64,000 nucleotides of DNA. Origin: Candidatus Latescibacterota bacterium (GTDB lineage: Bacteria > Latescibacterota > UBA2968). The stretch covers positions 1,248,001-1,312,000 of the forward strand of contig OZ242320.1 in the NCBI GenBank assembly GCA_965208125.1, written 5' to 3'. Under the pieces are notes generated by a model. That model worked only from the letters and a program-made list of their open reading frames with translations, ran no database searches and was not told where the DNA came from. The first letter of the stretch is position 1. Every line of letters starts with the position of its first letter. Made by a program: the position numbers and the translations under genes. Of the stretch, positions 48,635 through 57,273 are shown piece by piece.

Positions 48635-49519
48635 ATGCGCGTGAAAGACGGCGTTTTGAAATACGGATTTGTGGGTCCGGCACTGATCTTTCTGATCGCG
48701 TTCAACATCTTTCCCCTCTTCTACAACATCTACCTCAGCTTTACCGATGCCGAACTCAGTGGTGGTATTGCACAGCTCATAGGCGGGCGCAACTACGGCA
48801 TCATCTTTGACGACACGCGCTATAGCACGGCCCTTCGCACCACCGGACTATTCGTGGTCCTGGCAGTCGCGGTCGAACTCCTTCTCGGCTTTGCCCTTGC
48901 CCTCGCCCTTCAAAAACCCTTCTGGGGCAAACCCGCCATCACCACCATACTCCTGGTACCCATGATGCTATCCCCCGCAGTCATGGGCCTGTACTGGAAC
49001 TTTATCCTCAATGGCCACTACGGCGTCGTCAATCAAGCACTATCCATCTTTGGCCTCTTTCAACCGCAATGGCTAACCGACCCCGACTTGAAACTCTTCT
49101 CCATCCTGATGATCGACATCTGGATGTGGACGCCATTTATGATGCTCATCGCACTCGCAGGTCTCAACGCCATACCCAATCACCTCTACGAAGCCGCGGC
49201 CATTGATCGGGCATCCAGATGGACCGTCTTTCGGCGCATCACCCTTCCCCTGTGCTCACCCCTCCTCTTTCTCGCAGTCCTGCTGCGCACCACAGATGCC
49301 CTCAAACAATTTGACCTCGTCATGGCGGTCACGGGACCCAATGACCGCGCGACCCAAACATTGAGCGCCCTCCTCTATCAAGTCATGTTTCGCGGCTACA
49401 AAATCGGACTGGGCAGTTCTTATAGCATTGTCATACTCCTCATCGTCATCGCGCTCGCAAGTATATTCATCCGATACATCGCTGGTATCCAGGCAAAACA
49501 GGGAAGGGAAACCGCGTGA
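48635..49519 (+). CDS. Carbohydrate ABC transporter permease
   Basis: TM helices, LYEAAAID EAA loop. Confidence 0.93.
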   Translation: MRVKDGVLKYGFVGPALIFLIAFNIFPLFYNIYLSFTDAELSGGIAQLIGGRNYGIIFDDTRYSTALRTTGLFVVLAVAVELLLGFALALALQKPFWGKPAITTILLVPMMLSPAVMGLYWNFILNGHYGVVNQALSIFGLFQPQWLTDPDLKLFSILMIDIWMWTPFMMLIALAGLNAIPNHLYEAAAIDRASRWTVFRRITLPLCSPLLFLAVLLRTTDALKQFDLVMAVTGPNDRATQTLSALLYQVMFRGYKIGLGSSYSIVILLIVIALASIFIRYIAGIQAKQGRETA

Positions 49520-50379
49520 AATATTTGAGATGGCTCGTCATCATCCCGTATTTTTGTCTGGCCACACTCCCCCTGTGCTGGCTATTTCTCACCTCCCTGA
49601 AAACTCAGGAAGCGGCGATCAGTTCCACAGCCTCTCTCATACCATCCACCGCAGAAAACATCGCCCCCGGAGACCTGACCTTTTCGGCCACATTGGACGC
49701 CTATCGCAAACTGGCAACACCACACACGGGTAAAGCACACGCATTTTTTCACTACCTCTTCAACAGCGTCATCATCGGCCTGCTCAGCACCCTGACATCG
49801 GTCGTCCTCGGAACGGGCTGCGCGTATGGATTTAGCCGATTTCGCATCGCAGGTGCGCGGCACTGGCTATTCTTCATCCTCTCGACCCGATTCCTGCCTC
49901 CGCTTGCCGTCGTAGTCCCCGTATTGATGATGTACCGCATCTTTGACCTGCCCAATACACACCTGGGCCTCATCCTCCTCTACACGGCATTTAACCTCTC
50001 GCTCGCGGTCTGGCTAATGAAGGGATTCATAGACGAAATTCCCCGGGCGTATGAAGAAGCCGCACTCGTCGATGGATACAGCCCATTTCAAGCATTTTAC
50101 AAAATCATCTTACCCCACTCTACAACCGGCATGGCAGTAACTGCCGTCTTCTGTCTCATATCCGCCTGGAATGAATACGGTTTCGCGCTCGCACTCAACA
50201 ACGCCGAAGCCGTAACCGTACCCGTGTATTTTGCCGGGCTTCAGGGCAATATCCAGGGCATACCCTGGCCGCAAATTGCCGCAGGTGTTCTCATTTTTGT
50301 CGTCCCAATTGCGGTCTTCACAGTACTCGTCCGCAACCATCTGCTGCGGGGCGTGACATTTGGAACGATTAAACAGTGA
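49516..50379 (+). CDS. Carbohydrate ABC transporter permease
   Basis: YEEAALVDG, AWNEY. Confidence 0.93.
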   Translation: MKYLRWLVIIPYFCLATLPLCWLFLTSLKTQEAAISSTASLIPSTAENIAPGDLTFSATLDAYRKLATPHTGKAHAFFHYLFNSVIIGLLSTLTSVVLGTGCAYGFSRFRIAGARHWLFFILSTRFLPPLAVVVPVLMMYRIFDLPNTHLGLILLYTAFNLSLAVWLMKGFIDEIPRAYEEAALVDGYSPFQAFYKIILPHSTTGMAVTAVFCLISAWNEYGFALALNNAEAVTVPVYFAGLQGNIQGIPWPQIAAGVLIFVVPIAVFTVLVRNHLLRGVTFGTIKQ

Positions 50380-50382
50380 ACC

Positions 50383-51441
50383 ATGCCATTTCTCGAACTT
50401 CAAAATCTTCAAAAAACCTTTCCCGACGGCACGCGGGCAGTCAGAGGTATTGACCTGCGTGTTGACAAAGGGGAATTTATCGTCCTTCTGGGTCCATCTG
50501 GATGTGGAAAAACAACCACATTGCGGATGATCGCAGGGCTGGAAAACCCAACGGGCGGACGGATCACACTCGACAATCAAAACGTCACGCACCTGCCGCC
50601 ATCTCAACGCGACGTGGGATTTGTCTTCCAGTTTTACGCCCTCTACCCGCACATGACCGTCCAAAAAAACATCGCCTTTCCACTTGAGAACATCGGCACA
50701 TCCCCCGCAGATACCGAAGCGGCGATTGATCGCGTTACCTGCGCCCTGGGTATCGAAACATTACGCAATCAATACCCCAGACAACTTTCAGGCGGTGATC
50801 AACAGCGCGTCTCTCTTGCCCGTGCAATGGTACGCACACCGGATATCTATCTCCTGGACGAACCCCTGGGCACACTCGACGCAGAACACCGATTGGAACT
50901 CAGAGCATTTATACGCCGCCAACAACTGGCCCTCTCCATAACCGCCATCTACGTCACACACGACCAGGAAGAAGCCATGAGTCTGGCGGATCGCATTGTC
51001 GTCATGGAAGGCGGCAAAATCAGACAAATCGGATCCCCATCAGAAATCTACAACCATCCCGCGGACCTCTTTGTCGCAAACTTCGTCGGCAGCCCGGGCA
51101 TGAATCTATTAACCGGACAAATAGTGCAACGCGAGGACGGACTGTCCTTTACCCGTCCGGATACAGATATTTACATCCCCATCCACGCGAACATTGCGCC
51201 CGCACAAGTCATCTTCGGCATACGCCCGGAATTTATCCGCCCCGCCAATCGCGGCATACCGGGTAAAGTCATCCTCAGCGAATACCTCGGCAGCCACGGT
51301 TACGTACATGTCAATACGCCAATAGGCGAACTGGTCATGCGTTCAACCGACCGCTTTGCCATCGGAGAAACAATCCACCTGCACCTGAATGAAACGCATA
51401 TTCGCCTATTCGATCCAGACACGGAAACAGCCCTCACATGA
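50383..51441 (+). CDS. ABC transporter ATP-binding protein (MalK-like)
   Basis: GPSGCGKT, LSGGDQQR, LLDEP. Confidence 0.95.
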   Translation: MPFLELQNLQKTFPDGTRAVRGIDLRVDKGEFIVLLGPSGCGKTTTLRMIAGLENPTGGRITLDNQNVTHLPPSQRDVGFVFQFYALYPHMTVQKNIAFPLENIGTSPADTEAAIDRVTCALGIETLRNQYPRQLSGGDQQRVSLARAMVRTPDIYLLDEPLGTLDAEHRLELRAFIRRQQLALSITAIYVTHDQEEAMSLADRIVVMEGGKIRQIGSPSEIYNHPADLFVANFVGSPGMNLLTGQIVQREDGLSFTRPDTDIYIPIHANIAPAQVIFGIRPEFIRPANRGIPGKVILSEYLGSHGYVHVNTPIGELVMRSTDRFAIGETIHLHLNETHIRLFDPDTETALT

Positions 51442-52487
51442 ATGAACCATTTCTCAAAATCGATAACCTGTCTAAAAACTACGGCGAAACCCGGGCACTC
51501 TCGGAAATTTCACTCTCTCTTCGCGCCGAAGAACTCCTCGTCATCCTGGGACCAACAGGTGCGGGCAAAACAACGCTACTGCGCATCATCGCGGGCCTCG
51601 AAGCAGCGGATACCGGACGTATAACCGTCAATGGCACAGACATAACCCATCAGCTACCCGCAGAACGCGACATCGCCCTCGTCTTTCAGAACTTCTCACT
51701 TTACCCCAACAAAACCGTGCGCCAGAACCTCGAATTTCCACTCCAGGCACCCGGACGCAACCTCTCAAAAGAAGACATAGCAAACAGAATTTCTCACACC
51801 GCCGACCTGCTTCGCATACCCCCGCTATTAGACCGACCCGCCACGCACCTGTCCGGCGGCGAAATGCAACGCGTCGCAATCGGACGCGCCATCGTGCGCC
51901 AACCCCGACTCTTTCTTCTGGACGAACCCCTCACCAACCTGGATGCAAAATTGCGCGAAGTATTGCGCGTCGAACTCATCCGCCTTCAGCGGAACCTCAG
52001 CACACCCATGATTTACGTCACGCACGACCGGATTGAAGCCCTCTCAATGGGCGACCGAATCGCCGTATTGTCCGAAGGAAAAATCCTGCAAATCGGCTCT
52101 CCAGAAGAAATCTACCAGCAACCCAATTCCCCGACCGTCGCCCGTCAACTCGGCTATCCCCCCATCAACACCATAGACGTCCACAAACAGCGAAACCAAT
52201 GGTTCACCACCACGAATCAACCCATCATGACCACAGACCACAACGCCCCTTCAAACGCCACCCTCGGCATCCGCGCGGAAGATATTTCACCCCGTGGAGG
52301 CGAAATCCCTGCGACCATCGAAGTCATCGAAGACCTCGGCGCATCGACCATCTTGCTCGCCGACTGGGCGGGACAACCCATCCAGATTTTGACCTCCGGT
52401 GAGCAACAATGTCGCGTTGGAGATGAAATATACCCGTCCATTGATCCGGACCGCGTTCTGGTGTGGGAAAGGCACCGTCAAGAGTGA
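51438..52487 (+). CDS. ABC transporter ATP-binding protein (MalK-like)
   Basis: GPTGAGKT, LSGGEMQR, LLDEP. Confidence 0.95.
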   Translation: MNEPFLKIDNLSKNYGETRALSEISLSLRAEELLVILGPTGAGKTTLLRIIAGLEAADTGRITVNGTDITHQLPAERDIALVFQNFSLYPNKTVRQNLEFPLQAPGRNLSKEDIANRISHTADLLRIPPLLDRPATHLSGGEMQRVAIGRAIVRQPRLFLLDEPLTNLDAKLREVLRVELIRLQRNLSTPMIYVTHDRIEALSMGDRIAVLSEGKILQIGSPEEIYQQPNSPTVARQLGYPPINTIDVHKQRNQWFTTTNQPIMTTDHNAPSNATLGIRAEDISPRGGEIPATIEVIEDLGASTILLADWAGQPIQILTSGEQQCRVGDEIYPSIDPDRVLVWERHRQE

Positions 52488-52518
52488 TGTACAACTGGTC
52501 GATTTACAGACCAGTTCA

Positions 52519-52551
52519 TCAGGATAGGCAGGGTTGAAGGATGAACAGGAT
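52519..52551. repeat. 33-bp direct repeat, left copy
   Basis: tcaggataggcagggttgaaggatgaacaggat; 30/33 identical to 56485-56517. Confidence 0.75.
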
Positions 52552-52608
52552 AAAAGACGGAAGGTATCCGCAGATGGGCGCATCAGACATATGCGGAATT
52601 TTTCGTTC

Positions 52609-52638
52609 TTGACATTGAAGTAGCAATCGTGTTACCAT
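52609..52638 (+). promoter_or_regulatory. sigma70 promoter
   Basis: TTGACA-18 nt-TACCAT with extended -10 TG. Confidence 0.6.
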
Positions 52639-52704
52639 ACGGCTTAGCATGCACTCAACTCGAGTACCGCGTAACGTCGTAAACCGAGAAAGGAGACATA
52701 CAGT

Positions 52705-53181
52705 ATGAAAACGCGAATCATCATATGGGTGGCTTCATTGGCTTTAACAGGGGCATTTAATGTTGTCGCAGAAGAAATGCCTGACCCGGCTGCTGTATCC
52801 AAGAGAGCGGATATCAAACGCCTGATGGAAATAACCGATGTGGACAATCTCAGCATGCAAATTATGAATCGGCTGATTCTCACCATGAAGCAAGGCCGCT
52901 CTGAAGCTCGGGAAAAGTTCTGGGATGATTTCAAGGCTGAAGTTAACCCAAATGATCTTATCGAAATGATAATACCCATTTATGCGAAGCATTTTACCCA
53001 TGAGGAAATCAAGCAACTGATCGCATTTCATGAGTCTCCTATAGGGAAAAAGCTGATTAAAGTCCAACCTCAAATCATGATGGAATCCATGGCGGCGGGC
53101 GAAGAATGGGGGAAAGATCTGGCCAAGAAGATCATGAAGAAACTCCATGAAGAAGAAATGCAGGCTGAAGAAGAAATGTAG
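52705..53181 (+). CDS. DUF2059 secreted protein
   Basis: Signal peptide; IYAKHFTHEEIKQLIAFHESPIGKK. Confidence 0.9.
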   Translation: MKTRIIIWVASLALTGAFNVVAEEMPDPAAVSKRADIKRLMEITDVDNLSMQIMNRLILTMKQGRSEAREKFWDDFKAEVNPNDLIEMIIPIYAKHFTHEEIKQLIAFHESPIGKKLIKVQPQIMMESMAAGEEWGKDLAKKIMKKLHEEEMQAEEEM

Positions 53182-53537
53182 AATAAATAGGTGTGTTTCA
53201 AAAAACATTATTTGGAGGTAGATCTCTGAATCCGCCCCCTGGCTCATTATATTGAAGATTCAAAGAAGGTTCTTTCAGGCTTGCTGGAAGAACCTTCTCA
53301 TTTTATACTGAGCAGTGCAAGAGGTCCAGGCAGACAGGCCATCGGATGCGTGACGCAATTTTAAGCATTTGGCCTTCGAGGAAAGCATATCGAAATAAAT
53401 TGCTATAAAACAATTATTTTTTATCAGTAATACATACGTTTGTGAAAATATGGACTTGATCTGTTTTGGTGGATACCTCAGCAGTAGTTAGAAGGGATGT
53501 ACGAAACAGCGATTTCCAACTTTGCCGAGTATCAAAC

Positions 53538-55025
53538 ATGATACAAACTTACTCAATCATCTCATTCCTCGTATGCGTCTTGCAGACCAGCACTTGTGTT
53601 GCCTACGATCTTATTGGCACAGCTGCATTATCTGAAGAACTCGTCGCGCAGCACTACACCATCAATCCCAACCTCGACGCCGTTATTGTTGTGGACCGGA
53701 CAATTCCGACCTTTGAATACCATACCTACTACTGCGCTGGCTCAGCAGATGAAGAGGAAGGGAAACAAGGACGGCTACACTTCTTAGAGCACATCATGGC
53801 AGGTACTGGAAGCCATGAATATGGAAAACTCAATCAGATCATTAACGAGAATGGGGGACAATCAAATGCCTATACTTCTTCCCATTTTACATACTTTGTA
53901 ATGAGATTTCCAAAGGACAAATTTGATCTCGCAGTTGAAATAGACTCGGATAGATATCACAGCACAAGGATTGATGAAGAAGTTGTTGAAAAGGAAAAGA
54001 GAATCGTACTGACGGAAATAAGTCGCGGACAGTCAGATTTTGGGAGAAATTTCTCCAATCGCTTTTGGGGCCTGGTCTATAAAAAAAAGAATTTTGATGG
54101 CCTTGGCGCTGAGGATTTTATTAAACAACTCAAACCTGATGATTTGAAAGTGTACCATGAAAATTTTTTGCGTCGCCAAAAAAAATTGATCGTTGTAATC
54201 GGCGATGTGGAGATTGACCATGTTCTGACCAAACTGGACGAAGCTTATGGCAATGAACAAATATCAGGTGGATTGTCGGACGAATTGCCTCCTCCGCAAT
54301 TACCCAATCCCGAAATACTCGGGAAAAAAGAAAAACTCACTTCAAAAAATCTCAGTGTTGCCAAATTCCGGAAAAGTTGGCACACCCCTCATTTAGGCCA
54401 TCGCGACTATGCGACCTTGCTCATTCTTGCTCGCATTCTAAATAAAAGCTCAAATTCCCTGCGGTCTTCTGTGATTGATTCTAAGCTCGCAAGGGTTTTC
54501 AGTGTATCGTTTTATCATAATAAAGGATTTAGTTTACTGAGTTGCTCGGCAGACCTGCCGCTCGACACTACCATAGATGCCATTGAAACCACTGTCCAAA
54601 CAGAATTAGAGAAGATCAGAGCGCATGGTGTCTCTGAAGATGACTTTACTGCGGCTCGAAATTTGCAGTTAAAGTCAATGTATTCCAGATTTTACGACCG
54701 CTCATATATGGCCAATGAGTTCGGACGGGCATTCGCCTATGCCAACGGTCCCCTGCTATATCCAAAATTGATAAAAGATCTCAAATCTGTCCGTAGAGAC
54801 GATATCCCGCACTTGATAGATCAATATCTGACAAATAACAATTCCATAACTCTATCACTAACGATGCCAGAAAAAAAACGGTCTATCGGCGCTGTAATAG
54901 TGGGAAGTATTTTTATTATTTTTTCTGCTATTATGGTTCTATTTGCGGTGATAGAGGTTATCAAAAAATTGATCAGTAAATCCTCCCAAAAGGCCAATGA
55001 ATATGTTCCTGAAAGTGATACTTAG
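53538..55025 (+). CDS. M16 (insulinase) peptidase, catalytic subunit, with C-terminal TM
   Basis: HFLEH inverted zinc motif, NAYTS, EKRIVLTE. Confidence 0.88.
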   Translation: MIQTYSIISFLVCVLQTSTCVAYDLIGTAALSEELVAQHYTINPNLDAVIVVDRTIPTFEYHTYYCAGSADEEEGKQGRLHFLEHIMAGTGSHEYGKLNQIINENGGQSNAYTSSHFTYFVMRFPKDKFDLAVEIDSDRYHSTRIDEEVVEKEKRIVLTEISRGQSDFGRNFSNRFWGLVYKKKNFDGLGAEDFIKQLKPDDLKVYHENFLRRQKKLIVVIGDVEIDHVLTKLDEAYGNEQISGGLSDELPPPQLPNPEILGKKEKLTSKNLSVAKFRKSWHTPHLGHRDYATLLILARILNKSSNSLRSSVIDSKLARVFSVSFYHNKGFSLLSCSADLPLDTTIDAIETTVQTELEKIRAHGVSEDDFTAARNLQLKSMYSRFYDRSYMANEFGRAFAYANGPLLYPKLIKDLKSVRRDDIPHLIDQYLTNNNSITLSLTMPEKKRSIGAVIVGSIFIIFSAIMVLFAVIEVIKKLISKSSQKANEYVPESDT

Positions 55026-56463
55026 TTTTGCCCTGTGCTACGTGGTTGGTATCCTGCCCGCTTATGCAGAGATTTCTAACCACCAAATTTTTTATCGTCA
55101 GGACAAACGCGCCCCATTGACCAAAATTGAGATTGTCTTTCTCGGAGCGGGAAGCAACCAGGAACAGCCTTCCCAGATTGAGCTTGCAAGGACGGTCTCA
55201 AAGTTGATTTGGGAGTCTGCAAAAAAGCGAGGGTACATAGATCAATTGGCAGTATTAGGGACTGATTTATCTGTCCTTCCCAACACAACATCCCTGACCA
55301 TATCCGCTTCTACCCTATCTGAGAATTGTGCTGAGTCCATAGAAATAATCCGCGATGTCATATATAATTTCGATTTTTCCGAATCCGACCTGGAAGATAT
55401 AAAAAAACAGAGAGTTATTTATTACCAGAACCATCTCAGGAACAAATCCTATATTTATTTAAGACATTTTGCATTTTCAGAAATAAAAGTGAAAAAGACG
55501 TACAAGCCCTTAAAAATGCTGAAGAACCTTTCTGAAAAGGACATCAGGCAATATTATGCACGGCTTCTGAAAACAGAAGTGGTGTTCTTTAAGACGATCT
55601 CAAACCGAGATTCCACTGAGGTCGCTAAACTGCTTCGTCCAATTATAGAAGATAGGGAGAATCGCCCACGGCGACAGGCAGACGGGTTTGTAGATTCACT
55701 GAGATCTCCACCATTTAAGATACTCTCAGACCGAGATTCCACCGAGATTGCCAAATTGTTTCGTCCACTACCACGACAGGCAGACGGGTTTGTGCATTCA
55801 TTCGTACCTCCAGCAATCGATCATCATTTTGGCCCTTCGGTTTTTGTCCTGGATTCAAACCTGAAGAATATTTGGTGTTATTGGCTGATCCCTTATGGAA
55901 GTATAGGGGAGACAAATTATATTCCTTCAATGATATCCCTGGTGCTTGGACGATATGGTGCTCGAGGATTGCTTTACAAATATTTTAGAGAAGAGTTGGG
56001 ATTGGTTTATGGTATTGGTAGTGATTATCCATTAGTGCAATATATCAGATTTCTCAAAATTTACGCCGATCCCCAGTTACAGAATAGCGAAGAATTGATC
56101 GGAAAAATGTCCGATTTCATACGAGGGCTTCCCGATAACCCCCGCTTCTGGGTGGGAATAAAAGAGTTGCGTGAGAATAGCAATATCGCCTATGCCCATG
56201 TCCATGAACGACTGACACCGCAGCAAAGACTGGATGGTGAAGTATATCGAGCCATCTATAATCCACCACATCGCAAAGGCGGTTATAAGTCAATTACCGA
56301 TGCTGAGATACGTGCCTATCTCGAAAAATTTTTCGTCCCGGAAAATATGGTCATGATGTTTATCGGACCAAAGGATAATATTATAGAGATTTTAAATGCA
56401 AACTGGCCTGAAGTTGAAGTTCAGGTGCAGAGTTTGCAGAGCTTGCAGAATTTCCTAAAATAA
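54997..56463 (+). CDS. M16 peptidase-like non-catalytic partner
   Basis: Signal peptide; LYKYFREELGLVYGI; no HxxEH; overlaps the catalytic gene. Confidence 0.75.
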   Translation: MNMFLKVILSFALCYVVGILPAYAEISNHQIFYRQDKRAPLTKIEIVFLGAGSNQEQPSQIELARTVSKLIWESAKKRGYIDQLAVLGTDLSVLPNTTSLTISASTLSENCAESIEIIRDVIYNFDFSESDLEDIKKQRVIYYQNHLRNKSYIYLRHFAFSEIKVKKTYKPLKMLKNLSEKDIRQYYARLLKTEVVFFKTISNRDSTEVAKLLRPIIEDRENRPRRQADGFVDSLRSPPFKILSDRDSTEIAKLFRPLPRQADGFVHSFVPPAIDHHFGPSVFVLDSNLKNIWCYWLIPYGSIGETNYIPSMISLVLGRYGARGLLYKYFREELGLVYGIGSDYPLVQYIRFLKIYADPQLQNSEELIGKMSDFIRGLPDNPRFWVGIKELRENSNIAYAHVHERLTPQQRLDGEVYRAIYNPPHRKGGYKSITDAEIRAYLEKFFVPENMVMMFIGPKDNIIEILNANWPEVEVQVQSLQSLQNFLK

Positions 56464-56484
56464 TAAAAGCAAGCACCGTCAAAA

Positions 56485-56517
56485 TCAGGATAGGCAGGAT
56501 GGAAGGATGATCAGGAT
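56485..56517. repeat. 33-bp direct repeat, right copy
   Basis: tcaggataggcaggatggaaggatgatcaggat. Confidence 0.75.
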
Positions 56518-56594
56518 GAGAACCCGTAGGGTGGAGAACGTAGCATAAGCACATAGATCAGAGAACGTATAACCACTAACATGAGGAACCGACT

Positions 56595-57197
56595 GTGGAA
56601 GCGTTTATTATTTTGACCATTCTCATTATTGTAATCCTTGGGACTTTTGGCCGATGGGCAAAGAATTTCTTTGGTTGTTGTTGCCACGAATGTGGAACCA
56701 AAATGCAGCCATTCGAGAAATTGCCCGATAATGACAAGTCCGATATTCTGGAATACTTCAGGCGTTTTGAGAACCGCGAGCCAAACACAGAGGGCATTTT
56801 CGCGTGTGGGCATTGTCTGATGGTGTACGACGACTTCTCGGGTGAAAAGCGAACGATGGATGGTGACGAAAAGTCATTCTGCAAAGTGTGCAACTCTGCA
56901 GGTGTATCGTATATAGGTCCCATGGTGGTTTCCGGCGAGTTGGAAAAATTCCAGGAACGCAACAAAAACCTGATCGAACAAATTGAGTGCCTGCGATGCC
57001 AAAGAAAACCTTCGGGAGTTTGGGACTGCATCCCCTGCGACACAGAGATCAAGATAACGGCTTGCCGACGTTGCTATTCGGTCTATGCTCAGATGCCTAT
57101 TAATGGCAGTCGATACAGATTTCATGTCCTGCTTTCGGACAATACAGTAATCAAGGAGTCTGCCGACTCAAAGTGGGGTTTATTTGAACCAGATTAA
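56595..57197 (+). CDS. Membrane-anchored Cys-rich hypothetical protein
   Basis: GAGG RBS + GTG; N-terminal TM; six CxxC pairs. Confidence 0.7.
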   Translation: MEAFIILTILIIVILGTFGRWAKNFFGCCCHECGTKMQPFEKLPDNDKSDILEYFRRFENREPNTEGIFACGHCLMVYDDFSGEKRTMDGDEKSFCKVCNSAGVSYIGPMVVSGELEKFQERNKNLIEQIECLRCQRKPSGVWDCIPCDTEIKITACRRCYSVYAQMPINGSRYRFHVLLSDNTVIKESADSKWGLFEPD

Positions 57198-57273
57198 ACA
57201 ATGATATGCAAAGCGAATCCAAACAAAAAAGCCGACGCGCAAACGTCGGTTTTTATTTTTCTCAGTCCACTCC

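Noticed and set aside
53182-53460. Possible ncRNA in the intergenic region after DUF2059
   Set aside because: Only a terminator-like hairpin (gaaggttctt/aagaaccttc) is evident, and there is no second copy to support a structure.
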